This document shows, piece by piece, positions 56,302-64,000 of a DNA stretch of 64,000 bases. The position numbers and the translations under genes were made by a program. The stretch comes from Rickettsiales bacterium. GTDB lineage: Bacteria > Pseudomonadota > Alphaproteobacteria > Rickettsiales > UBA998. The stretch spans positions 172,719 to 236,718 of the forward strand of contig CBDFKY010000005.1 in NCBI GenBank assembly GCA_965248995.1. The letters are read 5' to 3'. Within the stretch, counting starts at the first letter, position 1. Every line of letters starts with the position of its first letter. The notes below the pieces were generated by a model. It ran no database searches. It saw nothing but the letters and a program-made list of their open reading frames with translations, and had not been told where the DNA came from.

Positions 56302-57417
56302 TTAACGATACTCCCTGAAAATGGCTTCAATGCGCCCGGCATCCACCTGTTTATCCACTATCGCATCACCGATCGCACGTAAGGTAACGAAGGTCAGCGC
56401 ACCGCTATCGGCTTTTTTATCCTGATAGCAATAGTCCGTCAGTTCGCCGGCATCCCATGTAACCTCTTCGCTCAGATCCTTCAAGCGGCAAGGCAGACCG
56501 ACCCGGCGATAATGGGTGCGCAGGCGCTCCACGTCCCGCTCCTCGATCAGCGGCGCGGAAAGCGTCATCGCCATCAGGCATCCCAGCGCCACGGCTTCGC
56601 CATGCAGCACGCTTCCGTCATAACCGGCCGCTTTCTCGATGGCGTGGCCGAACGTGTGGCCGAGGTTGAGCAGCGCCCGCCTTCCCTGTTCTTTTTCGTC
56701 TTCCTCGACGATGGTCGCCTTCATCGCACAACACTTAGCGATTACTTCTTTCCGTACCTGATGGTCACCGCTCAGCATCCGCTCCCCTTCCGCTAGCATA
56801 CGCTCATAAAACGCGGTATCACCGAGCAAGCCGTATTTCAGCACTTCCCCGTAGCCCGCCAGCATTTCACGTTTGGGCAGCGTCTCAAGCGTCGTGATAT
56901 CCATCACCACTGCCATCGGCGGGTAAAAACTACCGATCAGGTTTTTCCCCGCCTTGCAATTGATCGCCGTCTTGCCGCCGACCGAGCTGTCCACCTGCGC
57001 CAGCAAGGTGGTCGGTATTTGTATGAACGGCAGACCGCGTAAGGTGACGGACGCCGCGAATCCCGTCAGATCTCCGATGACGCCGCCGCCGAGCGCGACA
57101 AGCGTGGTATGGCGGTCCGGCTGGAAAGACAGGATCTCCTCGCAGAGCGATTGAAAAACGGGGAAAGATTTGCTCGCTTCTCCTTCCGGCACAGTAACGA
57201 CGTGAACCTGTTTCCCCAGACGCGCGCAAGCCGACCGAGCGGGTTCCAAATACCGCGACGCCACCTGATCGTCCGTCACGATCACCAGTTTATGACCCCT
57301 GCAATAGGGAGCGATGATCGCGTCCAGCCTTTGAATACCGGCTTCCTCGAACAGGATAGGATAGGAATGCGTCGCCGTGCGTATGGTAAGCGTCGGGGAC
57401 GTGAGCGGATCATTCAT
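56302..57417 (-). CDS. aroB: 3-dehydroquinate synthase
   Basis: GGGVIGDLTGFAA, DSSVGGKTAIN and LNLGHTFGHAIE. Confidence 0.9.
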   Translation of the reverse strand: MNDPLTSPTLTIRTATHSYPILFEEAGIQRLDAIIAPYCRGHKLVIVTDDQVASRYLEPARSACARLGKQVHVVTVPEGEASKSFPVFQSLCEEILSFQPDRHTTLVALGGGVIGDLTGFAASVTLRGLPFIQIPTTLLAQVDSSVGGKTAINCKAGKNLIGSFYPPMAVVMDITTLETLPKREMLAGYGEVLKYGLLGDTAFYERMLAEGERMLSGDHQVRKEVIAKCCAMKATIVEEDEKEQGRRALLNLGHTFGHAIEKAAGYDGSVLHGEAVALGCLMAMTLSAPLIEERDVERLRTHYRRVGLPCRLKDLSEEVTWDAGELTDYCYQDKKADSGALTFVTLRAIGDAIVDKQVDAGRIEAIFREYR

Positions 57418-57421
57418 AGGC

Positions 57422-57973
57422 TCAATGCACCCATTCGCCGCCATGGTGCTGGAAGTGACGCACTTCCGGCGCCAGGGAACGCATGATCGAGGAGACGATC
57501 AGTTCATGGTTGCCGCTGTCACTGTCGATAGTGACGTCGGCCCGGGCATAAAACGGATAACGCTCTTCCATCATCTTGCTCAGGATGGCCTGCTTATCCC
57601 CCTGCTCCAGCAGAGGTCGCGTATTGCGTTTCGACACCCGTTCCACCAGCACGGAAAGTTCCGCCTTCAGCCAAACCGAACGGGCGTGCTTCGCGGTTAA
57701 GGTACGGATGTCTTCGTTCATCCAAGCGCCCCCGCCGGTCGCCAGCACCTTGGGAATATTATCGGTCAGCAGGCGTGTCAGCACCCGTTTTTCCAGGTCG
57801 CGAAAAATGGCTTCCCCGTGAATGTAGAACAAGTCGGAAATGCTGCATCCGGCCGCTTCGCTGATTTCATCGTCCGAATCCCGAAACTCGATGCCGAGCG
57901 TTTTCGCAAGCCTTTTCCCGATGGTGGATTTGCCTGCGCCCATCAATCCCACTAATACGATGGTTTTTTCCAT
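57422..57973 (-). CDS. aroK: shikimate kinase
   Basis: Walker A GLMGAGKSTIGKRLA and the typical size. It lies upstream of aroB. Confidence 0.9.
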   Translation of the reverse strand: MEKTIVLVGLMGAGKSTIGKRLAKTLGIEFRDSDDEISEAAGCSISDLFYIHGEAIFRDLEKRVLTRLLTDNIPKVLATGGGAWMNEDIRTLTAKHARSVWLKAELSVLVERVSKRNTRPLLEQGDKQAILSKMMEERYPFYARADVTIDSDSGNHELIVSSIMRSLAPEVRHFQHHGGEWVH

Positions 57974-58071
57974 TTCCTTGACTGCTGATTTGTTCTATGA
58001 CGAATGTTGTAACGTAATTCGGCATGATTTCATACTAGAAATTCGTAAAAATCAGAGGAAAGGGAAGGGAA

Positions 58072-58221
58072 ATGGCTAAAAAAACTTCGCGTCGTTATGT
58101 AGTGGTGCTGGTGATAGGCGGTGTCCTGATCGCCGGACTCGGCGTGCTGGGTATGCTGGATTTGCGTCCTGTCGCGCATGAGGCGAACGTCACCATTTCC
58201 ACCGGCTCGCTGGCGGAATAA
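58072..58221 (+). CDS. possible 49-aa single-TM protein (below the ORF-track cutoff)
   Basis: ATG preceded by a purine-rich aggaaagggaagggaa. It encodes MAKKTSRRYVVVLVIGGVLIAGLGVLGML... and sits where exbB would be expected. Confidence 0.3.
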   Translation: MAKKTSRRYVVVLVIGGVLIAGLGVLGMLDLRPVAHEANVTISTGSLAE

Positions 58222-58236
58222 GGGCTATACAATCGA

Positions 58237-58680
58237 ATGATGGAGATCACCCGCCGCCCCCGACGTTCACGAGGCATTCCGCTCACCTCGCTGATCGACG
58301 TCATGTTCCTGCTGATGAAGTTTTTCGTCCTCACCACGAGCTACATCAATATCGAGGCGCTGACGCTTTCCATGCTGGATACGGAAGCGAAAGGCGGCAA
58401 AACGGCCCTTCAGCGTCCTGCCGCCGAACCGCCGCAGGAACTGGTGCTGCTCGGCAGCGGCGCGGCGTTCCTGAATAACCAGCTGGTGTATTTCGGAGAT
58501 CTGGAAGACAAACTGGAAGCGGCGCTGGTCACCCATGCAGGCAGTCCCGTCGTCATTCTCTGCGATGCCGGCGTCAAAGTGCAGATGATGGTCGACGCGC
58601 TGGATATGGTCAAGCGGGCGGGCGGCAAGGACGTGAAGCTGGCGCGATGGAAGAAGCGCGAAGCGGGAGCGGCCCTATGA
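58237..58680 (+). CDS. ExbD/TolR-family biopolymer transport protein 1
   Basis: IPLTSLIDVMFLLMKFFVL TM segment plus a periplasmic domain of the typical length. Confidence 0.7.
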   Translation: MMEITRRPRRSRGIPLTSLIDVMFLLMKFFVLTTSYINIEALTLSMLDTEAKGGKTALQRPAAEPPQELVLLGSGAAFLNNQLVYFGDLEDKLEAALVTHAGSPVVILCDAGVKVQMMVDALDMVKRAGGKDVKLARWKKREAGAAL

Positions 58681-59099
58681 GCGATGAGGCGTATATGCTC
58701 GATATCTACCGCAAGCGCAAGACCCCGCGCGAAGTCGGTCTGGTACCGATGATCAACGTCATGCTGCTGATGCTGATCTTTTTCATCGTCACCGGCAAGG
58801 TCACGCCTGTAACGATTCTGCCGGTCAAGATCCCTTTCTCCGAACAGACGGGTGATACGTCGCTCGGCGAAGCGATGATCAGCCTCGGCATCCATGACGA
58901 GATCGTCGCCGACGACGAGGTCATGTTCACGCTGGAAGATTTACGGGTGTGGGTAGGCAAGCGCTTGAAGAAAAGCCCCAAACTTCGCTTCACCATCAAG
59001 GCGGACGCCGGGATGGAAGCGGTCAAACTGATCGACATCATGCGGTTCGTCGAACAGGCGGGGGCATCCGACGTGGTGCTTGCCGCGCAAAAGCCGTGA
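58677..59099 (+). CDS. ExbD/TolR-family biopolymer transport protein 2
   Basis: VPMINVMLLMLIFFIV TM segment. The ATGA overlaps the upstream exbD-like gene. Confidence 0.7.
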   Translation: MSDEAYMLDIYRKRKTPREVGLVPMINVMLLMLIFFIVTGKVTPVTILPVKIPFSEQTGDTSLGEAMISLGIHDEIVADDEVMFTLEDLRVWVGKRLKKSPKLRFTIKADAGMEAVKLIDIMRFVEQAGASDVVLAAQKP

Positions 59100-59108
59100 G
59101 CCGTTCCC

Positions 59109-59339
59109 ATGAATATACCTTTAGCTTCTGCCAGTTCACTAAAACCGGACATTTTCAATGGCTTTATAGCGTTCCTGCTGTTCGGCTTACCGGTGATTTT
59201 CGGACTGATATTGGGCCGGCGGGCAGCCCGGGAACGAAAGAGACACATGGCATTGATATGGCCGACCTGCGGTTTGCTGCCTCTGCTCTATCTATTTATC
59301 CTAATGACAGGAATTCAGATGCGATGGTGGGGCGAGTAA
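59109..59339 (+). CDS. small two-TM membrane protein
   Basis: ORF between the second exbD-like gene and tonB. I do not recognise a family. Confidence 0.35.
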   Translation: MNIPLASASSLKPDIFNGFIAFLLFGLPVIFGLILGRRAARERKRHMALIWPTCGLLPLLYLFILMTGIQMRWWGE

Positions 59340-59343
59340 GATC

Positions 59344-60219
59344 ATGGTGATTGGTTACAGTTCCGCTTATCTTACTCACCTGGAACGTTTGAAACGCGAT
59401 GAACGTGAGCGCGCCGCCGGAATTCCTCCCTTTATGGCGCTGCTGCTCACCGCCGTCGCGCTTCATCTGGGGGTACTGCTGCCTTGGATGATCTTTAAAT
59501 CCCACGCTCCCGTTGCCGAAACCCGTCAGGTGCATCTCACGTTCGGCAAAAAAACGGGGGAATACGGCGGCGGCCCCGCTCCTTCTTCGCCACCTGCCGC
59601 ACATCAGGGTACGTCGATGAATGATGCCGTAACCAGCATGGACCGTATGTTCAGCCCACCCCCTCCCGTCAAAACGGCGCCCCTGCCGCCTTCACCAGGC
59701 CAGGCGACTCCGAAACCTTCGCCGGTAGCCGAACCGGACGTCACGCCGCCCGCTCGCCCCGAATCTTCGTATTCTCAGCCGGGACGAGAGGCCGCACGTC
59801 ACATGTCACGGCCAGAATTAAGGAATTCCGGCGGCAGCAGCGGCAATACGGGAGCACATCAGGGAGACGGTTCAGGCGGCGGCAGCGGAACCGGCGGTGA
59901 AGGGGGAACGGACAGCGCGGCGCGTGAGGTGATTTCAAAATATGAGCAGCTTCTGTCCGGCTGGATCGACCGCCACAAAATTTATCCTGCCGCCGCCCTT
60001 AAGGACGGCATGGAAGGAAAAGTGGTGTTACGCCTGCGTATCCGTCGTAACGGCGAAGTGATACGCGCCGCCATCGAGCGCTCCTCCGGTTACGTCCTGC
60101 TGGATCAGGCGGTGCTGGAAACGGTCACCCGCTCCGCCGCCATGCCGGCGGTGCCGTCCGAATATCCCGGCGGCGCGCAGCTGGAATTTCTGATCCCGAT
60201 CCGTTTCTCCGTGAAATAA
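59344..60219 (+). CDS. energy transducer TonB-family protein
   Basis: N-terminal TM segment, a Pro-rich spacer and a C-terminal TonB domain (YPAAALKDGMEGKVVLRLRIRRNGEV...SSGYVLLDQAVLETV). Confidence 0.75.
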   Translation: MVIGYSSAYLTHLERLKRDERERAAGIPPFMALLLTAVALHLGVLLPWMIFKSHAPVAETRQVHLTFGKKTGEYGGGPAPSSPPAAHQGTSMNDAVTSMDRMFSPPPPVKTAPLPPSPGQATPKPSPVAEPDVTPPARPESSYSQPGREAARHMSRPELRNSGGSSGNTGAHQGDGSGGGSGTGGEGGTDSAAREVISKYEQLLSGWIDRHKIYPAAALKDGMEGKVVLRLRIRRNGEVIRAAIERSSGYVLLDQAVLETVTRSAAMPAVPSEYPGGAQLEFLIPIRFSVK

Positions 60220-60227
60220 TCAGCGGC

Positions 60228-61160
60228 ATGAGCGGTCGGGAAACCATTCTGATCATCAAGCACGGGGCGCTCGGCGACATGGTGCTTGCTTCAGGAGTGA
60301 TGAAGGCGATCCGCCGTCGCCATGCAGACGCGCATCTCGTCCTGCTGACCACGAAAGCCTACGCCCCGCTGATGCAGCCGTCCGGCTGGTTCGATGAAAT
60401 ATGGGTGGATACGCGCCCGGCATGGTCACACTGGCGCGCATGGCGGGCTTTATTGAAACGGCTGCGCTCACAACGCTTCACCTGGGTCTATGATCTGCAG
60501 ACTTCGATGCGTTCCGGCCTGTATTTTCATCTTCTGCCTTTCCCGAAACCCCGTTTCTCCGGAATCGCGAAAGGTGCGTCGCACCGGCACCGGTCAGACT
60601 ATCGTACCCGGATGCATACGATCGACAGGCAGGCGGAACAGATGCGGATTGCCAGAATGGAAACGGTCTTTCCTCCGGATATCAGCTGGATGCATGGGGA
60701 AAATCTCGCGGCACTTCAACCTTCTTCCCCTTATTCCCTGCTGGTGCCCGGCGGCTCGGCCCACCGGCCGGAAAAACGCTATCCGAAGGAACATTACATC
60801 ACGCTGGCGCAACTTCTGGCACAACAGGGAGTGATTCCCCTGCTGATAGGAAGCGGAGCGGAAGCGACCCTCCTTTCCGATATCGCCGCTCAGGTGCCGC
60901 AAGCCGTCGATCTCTCTAACCGGACCTCGTTCGGCGATATCGCGGATCTGGCCCGCGCAGCCACTTTCTCCGTCGGCAATGACACCGGCCCGATGCATAT
61001 CATCGCAGCGGCGGGCTGCAGGAGCGTCGTGCTGTTTTCCCACGCTTCCAATCCGGAACTCTGCGCCCCCAGAGGCGATCACGTCATGATACTGCAAAGA
61101 GAAGATCTGCGGGAACTATTACCGGAAGAAATATTGGCATCGCTTGGAATGCGCCGCTGA
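60228..61160 (+). CDS. glycosyltransferase family 9 (heptosyltransferase-like)
   Basis: ILIIKHGALGDMV and VGNDTGPMHIIAAAG blocks. Confidence 0.75.
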   Translation: MSGRETILIIKHGALGDMVLASGVMKAIRRRHADAHLVLLTTKAYAPLMQPSGWFDEIWVDTRPAWSHWRAWRALLKRLRSQRFTWVYDLQTSMRSGLYFHLLPFPKPRFSGIAKGASHRHRSDYRTRMHTIDRQAEQMRIARMETVFPPDISWMHGENLAALQPSSPYSLLVPGGSAHRPEKRYPKEHYITLAQLLAQQGVIPLLIGSGAEATLLSDIAAQVPQAVDLSNRTSFGDIADLARAATFSVGNDTGPMHIIAAAGCRSVVLFSHASNPELCAPRGDHVMILQREDLRELLPEEILASLGMRR

Positions 61161-61820
61161 ATGCGTTCCCTGATTTCCTCCAGCACGTATTCCTATATCG
61201 ACCGTACCTTCGTGCATGAATCAGAATTGTTGCGGCAGGTACGGCTGCGGGGTGAGCGGATCAATCCCGGAATGCAGGTCAGCCCGCTGGAAGGACAGTG
61301 GCTGAAAATGCTGGTCAGGCTGATAGGTGCCGCACATATCCTGGAGATCGGTACGTTCGTAGGGTATTCGGCATTATGGATGGCGGAGGCGCTGCCGGAA
61401 GGCGGCATGATCACGACGATCGAGGGAAGCGCGCATCAGGCGTCGGTGGCGAGAGAACATTTCGACGCTTCTCCCTACCCCGAACGTTTCACGGTAGCGC
61501 AGGGGATGGCACTCCCCATACTGAAAAATATGCAACAAACGGTTGACATGGTGTTCATCGATGCATCAAAATGCGACTATGCGGCGTTTCTTGAACTGAC
61601 GTATCCTATGCTGCGCGAAGGGGGAATAATGGTTGCGGACAACAGCTTGTTATTCGGCCATATGGCCGGGGAACCCGCCAAGGCGGCTTCGAACGGCGCC
61701 GTCGCCTCCATGCGGGCATTTAATGCGAAGATGAGCGATCCCGCTCTTTTTGAAAGCATTTTGCTGCCGTTCGAAGAAGGACTGACGATCGGTATCAAAA
61801 AAAGAGTTGCGTTGCCATAA
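61161..61820 (+). CDS. class I SAM-dependent O-methyltransferase (caffeoyl-CoA OMT-like)
   Basis: ILEIGTFVGYSALWMA (motif I) and DMVFIDASK. Confidence 0.8.
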   Translation: MRSLISSSTYSYIDRTFVHESELLRQVRLRGERINPGMQVSPLEGQWLKMLVRLIGAAHILEIGTFVGYSALWMAEALPEGGMITTIEGSAHQASVAREHFDASPYPERFTVAQGMALPILKNMQQTVDMVFIDASKCDYAAFLELTYPMLREGGIMVADNSLLFGHMAGEPAKAASNGAVASMRAFNAKMSDPALFESILLPFEEGLTIGIKKRVALP

Positions 61821-61869
61821 ACTTGTCATAATTCAGCCGTACCATGAAAGGGTTCAAAAGGGAATTGAT

Positions 61870-63606
61870 ATGAAATACAGCTTCCACCATCCCGACTCCC
61901 TGCTCAAAGACGTTGAAATCTATACGGCGGGAAAAGGCCTGAACGCGGTGATCCAGGCGCCGCCGGAAGCGAGTGCGGAGCAGCTCGGAGCGATCAAGAC
62001 CCTGCTGGATCAAAAGGGATTTAACGTACTGGCCGATGAGCAGGACGGAAAACAGGTGCTTCGCCTGCGGGATATCGGAAGCGCCGAGGGACTGCTGACC
62101 GCGCTTGCGAATACGAAAAATCCTGCCGTAGTGGGTAATTATACCGCGGAATTGACGGACCGGGATCATAAGGAAAAAAAATCTCTTGGCCAGTTGGTCA
62201 AGGAAAAGCAGCTGACAGTCGCGGGGCTTTTGTATCTGGCGGCCGACACCTGCCTTATCGCGTCCGGAGTCTATCGCAGCCGGGGACGTGCCGACGGCAA
62301 CGTATTCAACAGCGAGACGGTCGGCGGCATCCTGTGGGCCATTCCGAGCGTGCTGCTGATCGCGGCGGGCCAGCAGAATCCCGACGTGGTGAACGGCTTC
62401 GCCATGCGCGACATGAAGAAAAAACTGGGCGACCACGGCATAGACATTCCGGCGGACGCGCTTCGCACTTTGGAATCCGCCGCCGCGGAACGTACGCAGT
62501 GGGATCGCGCCGTGCAGCTTGTCTATGAACATGCACCTGAAATCAATAACGCCATGCAGGTGTGGGGCGGCATCGAGATGTCCAACTCCGGAAAGGAGCA
62601 GGGCAATCTCGGCAAACAGGTCGCAGGGCTTCTGGTCGCTTTCGGGATGGGACTCGGCCTGATTCTGCCTGAAAAGGAAAAACACCGGACGCATGCCAGC
62701 GCGCTCGGCAACGGGGAGCTGGCAGGCGGGCCCGCCGCCACGGATGCGCAAGGCAAGGAAAACCCTGCCATTATTTCTCCGTTAGAGAAAAAAGGCGGAT
62801 TGCTGGATCAGCCTCCACAATTTTATGCCGGTCTGTTCCCCAGATTCAACAACGTGCTGAACTTTATCGGCGCCGCCAATACCATGCGTGAGTGGCATCA
62901 GGGTAAGACGTGGCTCGGGCAGGACGAAGCCAAGATCAATCCTTATAAAATAGGAAAAAATGAAGATGGCTCGCCGATCAAGGTCCTTTCAAAAGACCAT
63001 TACGAACGTGAGCGCAATAAATTTGAAAAAATATTTCATGACAGCAATGATCAGCTGACGAATGGTAATCTCAGCGGTGATACGCTGGCGTTGGAAAAAC
63101 TTCGTAATGAAGGATATAAAGCCGATTACAATAAAGCGGCGGGAGACTACAACACGCAGCGCATCAATTCCAGCGCCTCCGTGTTCAATATGGCTGCCTC
63201 CCTGCTGTATGTCGGCGCTAACCAGTGTTATTCCCATACCAGCAAGGAAAACACGGCGGATATCGAAAAAGTAGACGGGGTCAGCACGATCGTCGCGGCT
63301 TTCGCCAACATCATCGCTTCCCACCCCAGAGCGGAACAAGCGGAACTGACCAGTCAGCTCAGTATGCTGCTGGCGGAAAACAAGCACGTTAACCTATCAC
63401 TCGATGAAGCGTCCGCGACGTTGACCAAAAAAGCGGAGGCTTTGAATGCCAGCCCATGGCTTAGCCAGCCGGCCAATAATGCCGTTGCCTTCACGCGCAA
63501 GAAAGAGCCTGCGGAAACGGATCGTTCCACCCCTGATATCCGGATCACTACGGCCCATCAGGCCGATGGCAGAATGCTCAGCGAGCCGCAACTGGCGCTT
63601 CAGTAG
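61870..63606 (+). CDS. large hypothetical membrane protein (578 aa from the chosen start), distant paralogue of 43007-44773
   Basis: Long ORF. The start is set at the internal ATG (MKYSFHH). I do not recognise a family. Confidence 0.5.
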   Translation: MKYSFHHPDSLLKDVEIYTAGKGLNAVIQAPPEASAEQLGAIKTLLDQKGFNVLADEQDGKQVLRLRDIGSAEGLLTALANTKNPAVVGNYTAELTDRDHKEKKSLGQLVKEKQLTVAGLLYLAADTCLIASGVYRSRGRADGNVFNSETVGGILWAIPSVLLIAAGQQNPDVVNGFAMRDMKKKLGDHGIDIPADALRTLESAAAERTQWDRAVQLVYEHAPEINNAMQVWGGIEMSNSGKEQGNLGKQVAGLLVAFGMGLGLILPEKEKHRTHASALGNGELAGGPAATDAQGKENPAIISPLEKKGGLLDQPPQFYAGLFPRFNNVLNFIGAANTMREWHQGKTWLGQDEAKINPYKIGKNEDGSPIKVLSKDHYERERNKFEKIFHDSNDQLTNGNLSGDTLALEKLRNEGYKADYNKAAGDYNTQRINSSASVFNMAASLLYVGANQCYSHTSKENTADIEKVDGVSTIVAAFANIIASHPRAEQAELTSQLSMLLAENKHVNLSLDEASATLTKKAEALNASPWLSQPANNAVAFTRKKEPAETDRSTPDIRITTAHQADGRMLSEPQLALQ

Positions 63607-63661
63607 AACAGTAAGTTTCACCTTGCCTTTGCGGCATAATATTCCTATATTCCCACATTCG

Positions 63662-63735
63662 GGCTGGGTAGCAAAGTGGTAATGCACGGGACTGCAAATC
63701 CTGTATCGGCGGTTCGATTCCGCCCCTGGCCTCCA
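63662..63735 (+). tRNA. tRNA-Cys (GCA); CCA encoded
   Basis: Acceptor GGCTGGG/CCTGGCC, anticodon loop CTGCAAA, T arm GGCGG-TTCGATT-CCGCC. Confidence 0.9.
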
Positions 63736-63744
63736 CTTTCCTCC

Positions 63745-64000
63745 CTATATGAACGCCTCGTCCCATGAACCGCTGGTCGCCGCTTTGGTGTATTCCGTCA
63801 CGCGGTTTTCAAAGAAATTGGTATGCTCAACCCCGTTCAGGATCTCATCCATCCACGGCAGCGGATTGCTCTCGATGCGGTACATGGGCTTCAGGTCCAG
63901 CTGGACGAGACGGCGGTCACCGATATAGCGGATATACCGCTTCACGTCTTCCGGCGTCAGCCCTTCGATCCCCCCTACCCCGAACGCGAGGTCGATGAAC
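63745..64000 (-). CDS. nrdB: ribonucleotide reductase beta (small) subunit, C-terminal part; 5' end outside the window
   Basis: The frame is open to the window edge. It reads ...YIGDRRLVQLDLKPMY...NPLPWMDEIL..VEHTNFFENRVTEYTKA, typical of the class I RNR beta C-terminus. Confidence 0.7.
   Translation of the reverse strand, partial: FIDLAFGVGGIEGLTPEDVKRYIRYIGDRRLVQLDLKPMYRIESNPLPWMDEILNGVEHTNFFENRVTEYTKAATSGSWDEAFI

Noticed and set aside
36811-62751. Other long opposite-strand ORFs within well-supported genes (36811-37608, 40444-41223, 43010-43684, 44123-44833, 46208-47059, 54102-54893, 54993-55709, 61795-62751).
   Set aside because: Each lies inside a longer ORF on the other strand that has recognisable motifs or operon context. 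None has a motif I recognise.

Overview
This 64-kb window looks like an alphaproteobacterial chromosome. That is an inference from gene content and order: tadBC, thrC, eda, ispG, atpI-B-E-F'-F, aroK-aroB, exbD-tonB, nrdB. Ordinary housekeeping genes surround two adjacent accessory regions.

(1) A 14.6-kb integrative island (4138-18707) sits in the 3' half of a tRNA(CAT) gene.
- It is bounded by exact 56-bp direct repeats.
- It carries a tyrosine integrase, an AlpA-like HTH, a PrimPol and a P4/D5-type primase-helicase.
- Its cargo is a restriction-modification-like operon with no HsdR: a PD-(D/E)xK nuclease-methyltransferase fusion plus a specificity subunit.
- That operon is translationally coupled to an unusual protein that fuses a DndB/DGQHR (ParB-like) domain to a TIR/deoxyribosyltransferase-like domain.
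- Abi-gene remnants and an internally duplicated orphan protein follow.

(2) Directly after attR lies a 12.8-kb array (18776-31586) of paralogous RTX-type proteins.
- They share a GC-rich module, which is identical over 216 nt between two copies.
- They carry different AT-rich N-terminal heads: one unknown, one GH24 lysozyme-like, one GH19 muramidase/chitinase-like.
- Each head is preceded by a small signal-peptide ORF.
- I read this as a mirror-image polymorphic toxin/immunity cassette array, variable at the N terminus and feeding a 2346-aa RTX protein.
- Several members carry frame disruptions: a poly-G frameshift, a 1-nt deletion and an in-frame TAA.

Other notable points:
- A processive family-2 glycan synthase has a textbook tandem MshEN (c-di-GMP-binding) motif. 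With an outer-membrane protein, it is fused onto the end of the ATP synthase F0 operon.
- A sucrose/fructan-like sugar cluster is present.
- There is an exbD-exbD-tonB cluster without exbB.
- A hybrid histidine kinase is degraded.
- Two divergent paralogues encode large unknown membrane proteins.

No CRISPR array, rRNA or transposase was seen. All identities, GC contrasts and domain calls were made by eye from the sequence and the ORF translations. Nothing was computed or searched.
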